Below are positions 37,150 to 49,290 of a stretch of 64,000 nucleotides of DNA, piece by piece. The translations under genes and the position numbers were made by a program. The DNA is from Camelus ferus. Its lineage: Eukaryota. How positions within the stretch are numbered: the stretch's first letter is position 1; every line of letters begins with the position of its first letter. Where the stretch lies: contig NC_045697.1 of the NCBI RefSeq assembly GCF_009834535.1, positions 102,364,001 to 102,428,000 on the forward strand, in the 5' to 3' direction. Below the pieces are notes generated by a model. It saw only the letters and a program-made list of their open reading frames with translations, was not told the origin of the DNA and made no database searches.

Positions 37150-40100
37150 GCTGAACTCCTGGAGAAGAGACATGATAAGCTACTGCAGGACTGAAGGGAG
37201 TGTCAGGCTGGTACCCAGACTGACTGAAGAAGCCAAATCGTAGTAGGGGAGCTAGGACAGGAATTTGAGTGGGAAGGGATAACTGCCTGAGTTAGAGGTT
37301 AAACAGATTTTATTGGGGAAAAAAATGCCCACTTGTGGTTTTTTAGGTTATTTATTGTGTATGCTAACACTCTCATCTATTTCATCTATGAAATCTCTAA
37401 ATTCTATGTTGCTCTCTAATGCTTTGGGATGAGTTTTGGTTGGGGGAAGTAGGGGGAGTATGAATTGCAAAAAAGAAAAAAAAAAGCAGAGTTCTGCTTC
37501 AAGACTGGTATAGGACTGAAACTGCGGCTGACTCTGGGGGTCACCAATTTGCATGTTAACAGTAATTTGAGGACAAAAGGTAGAAGTCACAGTATATGGA
37601 AGGCTTCCAAGAAATAAGAAGGAGTGGGTTTTTTTGTTTGTTTTGGTTTTTTCCTGCTTGGGAATTTCTTGTTTATATGGCTGGCCATAGAGGATGGTAG
37701 AGGATGGCAGAGGAGGGGATAGTGTAAAATGCATGAGTTTTCATTGGCTTCGGGGACTATGTGGCTAAGCCAACAATGTTGTGACATCATTAGCCAAATT
37801 TTCTATGTTCCCATGTTGCAAAAATTGATCCTATTTAGACACAATCCGATAAAGCCTTCTGATCACAATTGGCCGCTCAGTGTTCAGTATTTAAAAATCT
37901 CTTCTGAATAGAACTTCATAAATTATTTACACTTTCTCAATCCTTTTCCCAGACTTTTTTTTACCTGAGACAGTTTCATAGTAATGTCAAATGGACTATG
38001 TGAGACAAGATGCCCACAAATCTGACTGACTTATCACCGTCTTATATAAACCAGGAAAATGGAGAGCAGAGAAATTGAAGGGATTTATCCTCAAGCATCT
38101 CCATTGTCAGAGGACAGACCTGGAAATAAAAGCCTGCCTTTGGACTTCGGACTCTGTGCTCCTTCTTCTGGACAATATTTGTCTGGCTCTGCAGCAAGCT
38201 CTTGGATGCAAAGAGGCCACCAGAAACAGGGGGTATGGTCACACTTTGGTGACATTTTGCCCATTGCTTGAGAAACAATTTCTGTACTGGTCCTCTTCTG
38301 AGTGGAGGAAAGAAGTGGGGAGGAGGGCTGGATGGAGCTGTTCTCTGTGTGGTCCAGAAGCCTTCACTACAGGAAGTGGGCCCTTCCGGCCACAGTTCGA
38401 CCAGGAATCCTTATAGTAAAGCCCTGTTTATAAACACACATGCACCCATACGCAAACATATACACCCCTCAAATGTCCAGAGCAGTTCTGTATCCACAGA
38501 GATAAATCCACAAAGCAGCAGCATGACAGAGACAGATGGGTATAGAAGTATTTTTAATTTTTTAAGAAAACATGTGCCTGCTTTGGGGAGAAACCGTCGG
38601 TTCTAAGGGAAAGGAAACCCGTACTTAGGCTAAACTTCCTTGGGATTAATTATTACTGTATTTGAAATCCAAATGACTTGACCCATCATTAGTGGATAAG
38701 TGTAGGCCAGGGAATAAATATCCACTGTGTCCACAATAAGACAGGTATCCGCACTGCGTTCAAAGGCCCCCGGCCCTGACCACACACGCGTTTGGGCCAT
38801 CTTCAGAGTTGTGATGATGACGAAAGGTGGGATGTATCTTGAAAGCCCAGGGAGGCAGCCAGCACAACCTCAGCCTAATTAGCAGAAACCACAGGTCTAA
38901 CCAGCTCTGGGCCATTCACGTAACCAATCCTTGAGCCAGATGCCACTCTTGGAAAAACATACCTCAGCGCTCCTCATTGAAATTCCGTGTCTGGGCTTAT
39001 AAAGAGGGTACTGTGTGAGCAACACAGGCCTGGCTTGGGGCACCTGGGGCCATTCTGTGAGATATAGTGAGAGGCTCTGCTCTGCTTTCCAAATGGCTGC
39101 GGACGGTAAACAGCCTGTTCAGAGGGCCTGGAACACGGCGGAGGCCCAGCCAGTGGAGTTTGAGGCACGCCTGTGATTCTCACTGTGTTCTGACTTGTGC
39201 AGGAAAAGGATCAGACAAGCATAAAATCTCATATGAAGGACATGAACAAAGAAGTGTTGTGGCAATAAAATTTCATTTACACCTCACACGTGTATCACTG
39301 AAATGACAAAAGCAGGGGGACACCTCACATCTTCTTTAGAACATATGTCTTTTTTTTCCTATTAATAAACAGAGTGCAGACCTCAAACACGTGTGTACTT
39401 AGTAAGTGTTATTTGAAGATGGTGGCATTTGTTGAATTGAATTCATGCACTTGGCTTACAAAGGGTTCTCTTTACTCCATTCTCTTTAATGTAACTGCAA
39501 ATCAACTACCAATTCTTCCCATGAAGGAAATGTTTAATGATATAAATGGGTTTTAAAACAACTGGGTACCATAACCCATACTTGTTGGCACTCAGTGTTT
39601 TTAGTATATGCAAGGTCATGATTCAGTCTTAGTACACTGTCTCTTATTTTGAGCATTTTCTATGGAAACATCTACTCTGGAGGGAAACATACGGCAGCAA
39701 AACAGATCACAAAAGAGCAGCTAATTACAAATACGCTTTTGCTACTCAGGACCAAAAAAAAAATGTGTAGAGCATATATAAATTGATGCAATATCTTTCC
39801 AGGGTGGGGGAGAGGAGCTTATTAAAAAAACCAAATGCCAGACAAAGGCAAAAAGGGCAGAAGAGCTAATAATATAATTTCATGGTTTGTAAAATATTGG
39901 CAGGGGACAACAGTACGTCCCACAAAGATTTTCAGTTTCTTAGGATATACTGTCTATTCTAATCCTTCTACATCCATATTGAGTTTTCTATCTATCCATA
40001 TGCCTCATTCTCTACATGATTTCCCAAATTATTTCTTCTCTATATCATGATTTCCTATTTTTCTAGTCAGATTGTCTAATGTTCATGATAAAGCAATATA

Positions 40101-40392
40101 CAGATATCTTTGCAAGGAACTAACTTGCCCTAATGCCCTAATGGGAAAAATACTGTTCAGGTTACTAGAATAAATCTGAGTTCATCAAGCAGCCTTCATG
40201 CCTCCCACCTCTGTTGCCCACTCTGACCTTCTCACATGTAGTAGCCACACGGCCTCATGCTGCAAGAATAAAGGAGCTGAGCGTGGATGAGTATTCAGTC
40301 AGCAACTGCACCATCCAAAGAGACTGCACACATTATAAAGCCCGGGCAGTACACTAGAAACAGGAAGATGTAAAATGCCCTGCTTAAGTGCT

Positions 40393-40770
40393 AACATATT
40401 AATAATTACCTTAAATGTAAATGGTCTAAATACACCAATCAAGGGATAGAGATTGTCAAGCAGATTGAATAAAATGATCCAACTACATAGTGCTTACAAG
40501 AAACTCACTTCAAATTCAACAACATAGAAGACTGGAAGTAAAAAGAATGGAAAAAAATGTGCCATGAAAACAGTAATTAAATTTTCTTAAAAAATAGGGG
40601 TGGCTATATTAATATCAATAGACTGCAGGGCAAAGAAAATTACTAGCAACAAAAAGAGACATCACATAATGATAAAAGAATCAATCCACCAGGAAAAGAG
40701 GATCCTAAATTTATACATACTAAACCAACAGAACCTCAAAATTTGTGAATCAAAAACTGATTAGAGCTCA
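40393..40770 (+). mobile_element. L1 ORF2 N-terminal (endonuclease) fragment, pseudogenised
   Basis: ataattaccttaaatgtaaatggtctaaatacaccaatc = IITLNVNGLNTPI; later LQETHFKF; stops and frameshifts. Confidence 0.88.
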
Positions 40771-40834
40771 ATTCTAAAATGCACATTTCTGGTTGCTAGA
40801 GGTTGAGGGAGTGGGCAGAATGGGTCAGGAAAAA

Positions 40835-40998
40835 AATAAAATGCACTTTTTTTCACATTTAATGTTTCTGAAATGGAGATACTTCTTACAATAGGTGAAA
40901 ATTTTCATGCGAAAAAAGCTGTTATTTTTAAAAAGCTGTCATTAAGTCAATGTCACACTTTATACATCAGTAGTATCTTAGAAATGAGGAAATGTGAT
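40835..40998. mobile_element. hAT-Tip100 MER96/97-like fragment (similar piece at ~36378-36550)
   Basis: atgcactttttttcacatttaatgtttctgaaatggagatacttcttacaat...tcttagaaatgaggaaat. Confidence 0.5.
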
Positions 40999-41151
40999 GA
41001 TTGCTTCCTGTTTCAAAAGTGTTAATCTTGTTTCATGTTACGCAAAAAGAAATAATTCAATATTACTAATACATTGAAAGACTGTAGGAATTCCACTCAT
41101 TCCATAACCTAAATTTCTAAATTAAAACAAAACAGACAGACACACACACAC

Positions 41152-41321
41152 AAAAACAAATTTCTTCTGTATAGCACAGGGAACTATATTCAATATCTTG
41201 TAATAACCTTTAATGGAAAAGAATATGAATATGAATATATGTATGTACATGCATGACTGGGACATTGTGCTGTACACCAGAAACTGACACATTGTAACTG
41301 ACTGTACTTCAATTAAAAAAA
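41152..41321 (+). mobile_element. Short young camelid L1 3' end
   Basis: ctgtatagcacagggaactatattcaatatcttg...gcatgactgggacattgtgctgtacaccagaaactgacacattgtaactgactgtacttcaattaaaaaa. Confidence 0.92.
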
Positions 41322-41829
41322 GGCAGAAACATACCAAATGATTAGTAAAAGTTTTATCTTATTGTTAAGACAAAAAATGTAAAATCTGAAAGTATTAAGT
41401 TAGCTTATAAAGCAAGGACAACAAATAGCCTTTGTGTTTTACACTGATCAGAAATTTCATTGAACAGCCCAATACTACTGTTTAACTGCACATTCACATT
41501 AATCAAACACTGTGAAATTGCTCAGACAGGAGGCAGGATTTTGTTTTTGTCTGAAAGAATGAAAAGGAGAAAAGCAAAAGTTTGCTGATGCTATGTGTAT
41601 CCGTTAGTGGACATCTACTTCCAGAAATCAACTCCAGAAGTCCGCTGGTATCTTGAACAAATGGTTATTTCTATCACTGTGGTTTTAGCCATTCTACTCT
41701 TTGATCTTGAACTTCTGGAGACCTGGAATCACTACTGTGTTCTGTTTTCTGTACTTGGGGTCCATAGTTTTAAGTTCAGCCAAGCCAGAATTTGCACATG
41801 AGGTGCAAACATATTGCTGTTTTGTCTGT

Positions 41830-42260
41830 TGTAAAACATATGTGCAGAGTCTTTATATGTTCTTTGACTTGCTTATTTCCTCCTCAGTTATGTTTCTAAA
41901 ATTCATGTATGTTGCTTATTCATGCTTATTGCTGTGGAGTTTTCCATTGTGTTTTCACAATTTTTACTTGATCATTCTACTCTTTAGAAGTATTTGGATT
42001 GTTCTGATGAATACTATTACTATAAATATTCTTGTATGTGCCTTCTAGTAAACAAAGCTAAGAGTTACTCTAGAGTATATCCCCAGAGATTGATTCCTGA
42101 GTTGCAGTTATGTATCTGTAAACTTTATTAGGTGGCACTGACTCATATCCAAAGTAGCTGTACCGTTTTAAACTCTCAACAGCCGAGCATGAAAGTTCCA
42201 GTCCTTGTTACCCTCACAAATGCCTGGAGTTTCCCAACCATTTACTTTTTATCAATCAGT
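41830..42260 (-). mobile_element. Old L1ME 3' region
   Basis: gacttgcttatttcctc...aaattcatgtatgttgc...ctataaatattcttgtatgtgcc...ccaaagtagctgtacc. Confidence 0.75.
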
Positions 42261-42299
42261 ATCTAGGAAATAGTTCTTATCTTTCTTCCATTCCTCATG

Positions 42300-42750
42300 T
42301 TATCACTTTGTTTTAAATGTGATAATTTTGTGGTTTGTTTATATTTTCCCATTAACTCTTTTTCATAGAGGTTTGTATCCTCAGATCCTTTGTGTCTTTT
42401 TATTATAAGCTTATCTTCAGTTCTTAGTTTCAAGTGGAAGTCCCATGCACCAAGAGTTGTAAAAGTGTTCTTGTGGAGGAGTTTTGTCCCTGGATCTGCT
42501 AGACCTCAGCGGTCCCAGAAGATCAGTTTTTACATACGTATTTTAGCAAGATGCCTTGGGTCTTCATAGAGTCTGCTGCCATGTTTTCTGATCTGGCGCT
42601 GAATTCCTTATTTATTTCTGGCATCTGGGGATTTCTCTTTCTTTTCTGCTAGGCTTTATGACTGTTGTTGTTTCTCTGTTTTATTTGATCAAATAAATGG
42701 AATGAGAGGGAGTATTCATGCCAGCTCAGTCTGTCATATTACCAGAAATT
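42300..42750 (-). mobile_element. HAL1 / L1 5' end fragment
   Basis: Ends ctcagtctgtcatattaccagaa, the antisense of a TTCTGG.AA.ATG.CAGACTGA 5' motif. Confidence 0.45.
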
Positions 42751-44140
42751 CTGGTCTGATTTAGAGTATTTCTGGTCCATGTAAGAGTAATTTCTCAAAG
42801 TAAAGTGGTTTTGGGTTATAATTTGGTTTCTAATAAAATCTGACCACAGGAAGAAAATGGACTAGGAGTTCTGTGATTCCTGGGACTATCACTGTCACTG
42901 CCAATTAATTAAATAGCCTCCTGGCTTTAAAATGAGTGTCATGAATCTTCTCTAAAGAGGAGGGTCAACTCTCAGAGTGTACATAAAATCAACTTTCAAA
43001 GCCTACCAGCCTAAGAGCTAGATGCTAGTCTTTGATACAATTTTCTAAGGTCATAAATGCTAACCTGTGTAGCTTCTTGGAACACAGCCTGACTATAGGT
43101 AATTTTCTCTGGTAATAACACCTCAACACACTGTTGGCTGTACAAATATATGTGGTTAACGTCCATAAGCCTTAGCACAAACTGAGGCTCACATGCTCTA
43201 GTTAACATTACACATCATCAATCTAAGTTTTCAAAAATTAATTTCAATTATGTGACAATTAAGCAAATTATTTTTGCAGCTAATTGTCTGATTTATAGGA
43301 TATGTTGTGAATTATGTTTATTGCTTTATATTTAGAATTATTATTAGATGACTTCTGAAGTTACTTCTGCCTTTTAAGAAATATAATTTATGATTCTTAG
43401 TGGTTTACTAAAAAAGGATATGGAGATTACATAAAACACATTTCTTGGAGTCATCAGAACCCTAATAAGTATTTAACTAATTTTATTTAATCAAGAAAAA
43501 AGCCTAGGGTGGATAAAAATGACTCTAAATATTTTTTCATGTATTTTATATGTTTGCTTTTGTATTTTTTCAGTTATTAAAGCATAATTTCTGGCTGCTC
43601 CCCATTACAAAATGATAAAAGGCATTTCCTTGCAAGGTCCAGAAATAAATTAAATTTCTTATTTCTAAAATCTCTGGGGGCTGAGACAGAGAAGCGTTTA
43701 TTAAAAACTGCTTTAAACAATTGAGAAAAAAGAATAAGTGATGGAAGTCATTTTAATTGGATAGGAACCAAGTCTCATCAATGTTCAAAGCTAAAACACT
43801 CTTTCCCATAGTTATTTCTGAGTAGGCTGTAGACATAACTGAATGCCTAACATGGAAATTTTCATGGAAAAGAAAAATTAAACCAACTCATACATACGTT
43901 CTCTTATGCTGCACGGCTCAACACTGTCCACTATGATTAACTTGCTGCTACTCTATTTCTTTAATTCAGACATTTATTGAGTGCCCATTAAGTGAGAAAC
44001 ACCGTGCTACATGCTGAGGGCAGCAAAAAGATGACCAAGATAAAATTTAAGAGACAGCCTTGTTGAAAGGCAGATGTCTAATTATATTCCATGTAACAAA
44101 ACCCACTTTAAATAAAGAAACAAAGGTTAAATAATGTAAG

Positions 44141-44322
44141 GAGTTTCCAGTTCAAGATGGCGATGTACTAAGATCCTGAACACACCTCCTCCCATGGACA
44201 CACTAAATCTACAGCTCCATATGGAACAATTTCCTTTAAAAAAAAAAAAATCCAAAGCCTGGCTGAGTGACAACTATATAACAGGCAAAAGTGAAGAAAG
44301 TGACACTGAAGCAGGCAGGAGA
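44141..44322 (+). mobile_element. L1 5'UTR start
   Basis: ttccagttcaagatggcg (YY1 motif)...gatcctgaacacacctcctcccatggacacac...tctacagctccatatggaacaatttcc. Confidence 0.75.
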
Positions 44323-47178
44323 AAAAAAGAAAGACCTAAAATCCTGTTTCTATCTTAAGAAACTAGAAAAAGAAGAGCCAACTAAAACAAATCAAATAGG
44401 AAGAAATAAATAATAGAGACAAGAGCATAAATTAGTGAAATAGAAAACAGACAAACAGTAGAAAAAAAAATAGAACCCAAAGTAAGTTCTTTGAAAAGAT
44501 CAATAAAACTAATAAACTTCTAGCCAGGATCAGAAAAAATACAAAGAAAATATAATTTATCAAAATCAGGAATGAGAGCTGGAACATCTCTAGAGATTAT
44601 ACAGAAGTTCAAAAAATTATAAATAATTTATTGACAATAACTTAACACTGTAAATGAAATGAACACATTTCTTAAACAACATAAACTGTCAAAAAAAAAG
44701 TGGATAACTTGAATATCTATTAAAGACAACGAATTTGTTTAAAAAACCTACCCACAGAGAAAGTTAAATGCTCACATGGCTTCACTGGACAATTCTGCCA
44801 AACACTCAAGGAAGAAGTAATAAATTCTGCACAAGTCCTTCTAGAAAGTAGAAGCAGGAACACTTCCTAATTCATTACATGAGGCCAGCATACACTGATA
44901 CCAAAACCAGAGAAAGACATCATGGGGAAAGAAAACTAGAGGCCAAGTTTCCTCATAAACATAGATGCAAAAATCCTTAACAAAATATTAGCAAATTAAT
45001 TCCACCAATATATAACAATAATATATTTTCATTATTATACCAAGTGATGTTTAACCTAGGAATTCAAAGATGGTTCGCCATTTTAAAATCCATCAGTATT
45101 ATCCACTATATAAATAAATTAACAAAAACTCTATAATCATCTTAATAGATACAAGAAAAAGTATTTGACAAAATTTGGCATTCTTGTAAAAGTGCTTAGC
45201 AAACCAGGAATATAAAGAAATTTCCTCAACCTGCTAAAGGCCACCTACAAAAAAACCTACAGCTAATACTTTACTTAATAATAGAAAATTGAATGCTTTC
45301 CTCGTAAGACTGGAAATAAGGCAAGGATTTCCACTCGTACCAATTCTATTCAACATTGTACAGCAAAGCAAGAGAAAGAAATATAAGGCATACAGATTAG
45401 AAAGGAAGAAGAAAAACTGTTTTAAATTGACAATGACATGATTACACAGTAGAAAATTCTATAAAATTTAGAAAAATGGTTCTAGAATTTATGGAAGAGT
45501 TTAGCATGATAGCAGGATAAAAAAAAATATCAAAATATTAACAAGTTAATATTTATCCAAGAGAAAAAACTCCATACATATTTCTATGAGACCTATATGT
45601 GAATGTTCATTGCAATGTAAAATTAGAAACTGACATTTAAAAAATCATAAAAATATTAAGTACTTAGTGATCAATTTAACAAAATATGTGCAAGACCTAT
45701 ACACTGAAAACTCCAAAGCATTGCTGGGAGAAATTAAGGAAGATCTAAATAAATGAGGAGATATGTCACATTAATAGATCAGAAGCCTCAATATTGTTAA
45801 AATGTCAATTTTTGCCACATTAATCCATAGATTTTACACAATCCCAATCAAAATCCCACTTGTTACTTTTGTAGAAATTAACAAATTGAATCTACAACTT
45901 TTATGAAAATACAAATGCCAAAAAGACAAAAAACAATTCTGAAAAAGTAGAAAAAATGTTGAAGCAGTCACATTACCTGATTTCATGATTTATTATAAAG
46001 CTAAATCAATCAATACAGTGTGGTATTGACATAAGAATCGGCATAAAAGTCAAAGGAACAGACCTAAATGCATATGGCAAACGATGTTTGACAACAGTGT
46101 GAAGGAAATTCAGAGATGAGAAAAAAATCTTTTCAACAAATGGTGCTGAAATACCTGAATAGTCATAGGCATAAAAAAATGAAATAGTTATTTCCTCATG
46201 TTCTATATAAAAATTAACTTGAAATGATTATAGACCTAGACCTAATGGCAAAAACTATAAAATTTCCAGTACAAAATTTCAGAGAAAATCTATATGAGCT
46301 TGGATTTGGTAAAATTTTCCTAGACTGGACACAAAACCCCCACAAATCATAACAGAAAACATTTGTAAATCAGACTTTATAAAAATTAAAACTTCTGCTT
46401 TTTCTAAGGTACTTTTAAGAAAATTAAAAGATAAGACATAATCTGGGAGAAAATATTTGCAAAACTCATATATAAGACCTTACCTAAATATATAATAATT
46501 GTATCTAATAATTCAATAATAACAAGAACAATAACCCAATAAAAGAAATGGGCAAAATATTTGAACAGACAGTCCACAGAAAAGAAACATAAAATTATCA
46601 TGAAAAGATGCTCAACATTATTAGTCATCAGAAAAACAAAAAATTTTTAAATGAAATTTCATTGTATATGCTCTAAGATGGTTAAAATTGAAAAGACTTA
46701 ATGATTCAAGAGTGGTGAGGATGAGGAACAACTGGATTTCTCACACTGATGGAAATGTAAAATGGTACAGCCATTTTGCAAAATGGTTTGGTAGATAAAT
46801 ATATCCTTACCAGAAGATCTACCATTTCCACTATTTGGTATCTACTCAAAATGAATTACAATATATGTTTAATGAAAGTCCTATATGCTAAAGCTCACAG
46901 CAGCTTTATTCATACTAGCTAAAAGTGGAAATAACTTAAATATCTATCAGCTGAGAGATAAACAAAATGTGGTACATCTATATAATGAAATAGTACCACT
47001 TAACAATAAAGAGAAAGAACTACTGAGACATTCATTATGTGAAGTGAGAAAAAGGCAGACACAAAGCAATTATAACTTATGTTAGGTCGTGGCTACCTGA
47101 CTATATGTATTTGTCAAAACTCTTCCAACTCTATCTTTTAAAAAAGATGAATTTTATTATATGTAAATTATACCTAAA
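44323..47178 (+). mobile_element. Degraded old L1 ORF2 (post-endonuclease through RT and C-terminus) plus 3'UTR
   Basis: cttaagaaactagaaaaagaagag (LKKLEKEE); gaggccagc..ctgataccaaaaccag; aacatagatgcaaaaatccttaacaaaatattagca (NIDAKILNKILA); gacaatgacatgatt (degenerate FADDMI); 3' end tgtatttgtcaaaactc...tgtaaattatacct; many stops. Confidence 0.93.
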
Positions 47179-47209
47179 ATGTACAGGTATAACTTGAAAT
47201 AAGTAGGTA

Positions 47210-47985
47210 ATATAAAGGAGAGAAAAGGTAACATATTTAGGAAATGGATCCAGAGGTCCAATAACTGAACAGTATGAGTTTCAGAAAGAAAGAGCAGACA
47301 ATCAAATTGGGGAAATCATCAAAGAAATAATTCAAGAAAATTTCCCAGAATTGAAAACAGATTCCCAACTCAGACACACCTTTGCAAACTCAGTTAATGG
47401 ATAAAAACAGACATTCATCTAAGGACTTTCAGAACAGGGATAAAGGGAACAAGTTTCCATGCTGGGGCTTAGGGCAAGGGGGATGGAACAGGTCACATAC
47501 AAAGAATAAGAACTCAGAAAGACTCCACATTTCTCAAAGCAACATGGAAAGCGAGAAGTTAAAGGAGTAATGTTTCAAAAGTAGGAGAGAAATTAGCCTA
47601 TATACTGCTAAACCGTTGATATTCATTGTGAGGTACAGGAAAGAAAATGTCAGACACCTAATGCTTCAGACTTCTTTTCATGTGTCTTTTCTCAGGAAGC
47701 TACTGGGTAAAGAATTGTACATGAAGTTACCGTGGCTTCAGCAGGATGAGCGTGTGAACAGAAAGAAGGTAAGAAAGCCAAGAAATTGGGTTAAACTTAA
47801 GAGAAGGTGAATGCGAATCTCCAGAATGACATGAAGGAAATCCCTGCATGAGAGCTGTTCAGGAATAAGCAAACCTGTTCTGATTAGAGCAGAGCAAATG
47901 AGGAAGCTGACAGAATTGTAATGTTTGGACACATTGAGAGGAGGTTTAGAAAACTGGGGAGAATGTGAGATGAATTAATAATAAG
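47210..47985 (+). mobile_element. HAL1 / L1 ORF1-like fragment
   Basis: gatccagaggtccaataac...gagtttcagaaaga...atcaaagaaataattcaagaaaatttcccagaattgaa (IKEIIQENFPEL). Confidence 0.7.
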
Positions 47986-48959
47986 TATATATGTGAAATT
48001 CTGAGGCACTAGTTGTATAGATGTTAAGATTCACGGACAACAATAGCAGAGGTCTAAAGTTGTTATATCAAAGCTGAAGATAAAGAGCCTCCATAGGAGT
48101 AATACTGGATTCATGGTCAGTATTAACAATGAAATGGCCCCTAGAGTTAACCTACAGACTGATACTAAAAATGAGAGATCATGGTTATAAATGTTAGATA
48201 TAGACATGGTCCTTTCCATTTGGGAAATAACTCAGGGGAAAGCACGTTTCTTTGCCTGGAATTCTATGAATGACTCTTTGTCAGACCCATCAACAGGGTT
48301 TCATATTCACGACTCCCAATGCTAAGTTGGTCAAAGTAAATACCATTCAGGAAGCTGTCAGGTAGTTTCAAACACCTGGCAGATAAGCCAGGATGCCAGG
48401 TTAGGAGAAATATATTCTCATTGTATATGCTACAGAGTTTCTGATATTATTTCAATTTAAAAGGCCCTTAAAATGTTGAACCTGGAGAAATTTGCCTCCT
48501 AAAGTCAAGGTAGATTTGTTTTTTATAAACTGGTGATAATAATGCCAGGGAAAAAAAGAATAATTTTGATAATGTAATATATTACATATAAGATATTAAA
48601 TGTTATAACTGTAAGCGATAATTTTTTGAGTATTTTCTCCATGAAGTCACATTTAAATAAAGTCTTTTTGTGAATGGAAGATATATTGCAAAACATGTTA
48701 AGCACAGGGAAACAAAGCAAGCTTTCATTTTGAAATTTTGAATTATATGATGCTGTAATTGTTGACTTACAAGCACTCTTAAGATTAGATCCATCTAATT
48801 CATTGAGGCTGAGGGGCAGCCTCATTGACCATTTTCCATGAAGCAAAAGACGTGGTTACAAGTTATCTCATCTGTTTAGCCCAAGTATCTGATAATTAAT
48901 TAAGTAGCAGAAAAAAAAAACAAAACCAAACCGAACAAAAACCTCCACAAAAAAATAAA

Positions 48960-49290
48960 CAGGAAGCCAAATACAAAGTGAAAGACATATTTGCAATATT
49001 ACATGTTGTACAGTTTAAAATTCTTAGTGTAGTAAGGATTCTTATGAATCAAAAAGACAGACAACCCAATAGAAAAAGGAACTAAGGACAAGGATAGGGA
49101 ATTCACAAAAAAAGAAGAGGAAATGGCCAATAAATACATTTAAAAAAAAAAAGCAACCCTAGTATATAGAAATAAAGAGATACTGTTTTTCTCCTTCTGT
49201 TTTACATTAGCAAGTTTGCAGGTTACTTTTGAAGATAATAAGAAATTTGGTTGCCATTCTTGATTACCTTGCCAGAAAACAATTTGGCAA
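48960..49290 (+). mobile_element. Old L1ME ORF2 3' fragment
   Basis: agacatatttgcaa...acaacccaatagaaaaagg...aattcaca...aaatggccaataaatacat. Confidence 0.7.

Noticed and set aside
48100..48125. Hairpin taatactg...cagtatta resembling the miR-200b/429 seed
   Set aside because: Only an ~8-bp stem, and the rest does not match miR-200 family precursors.
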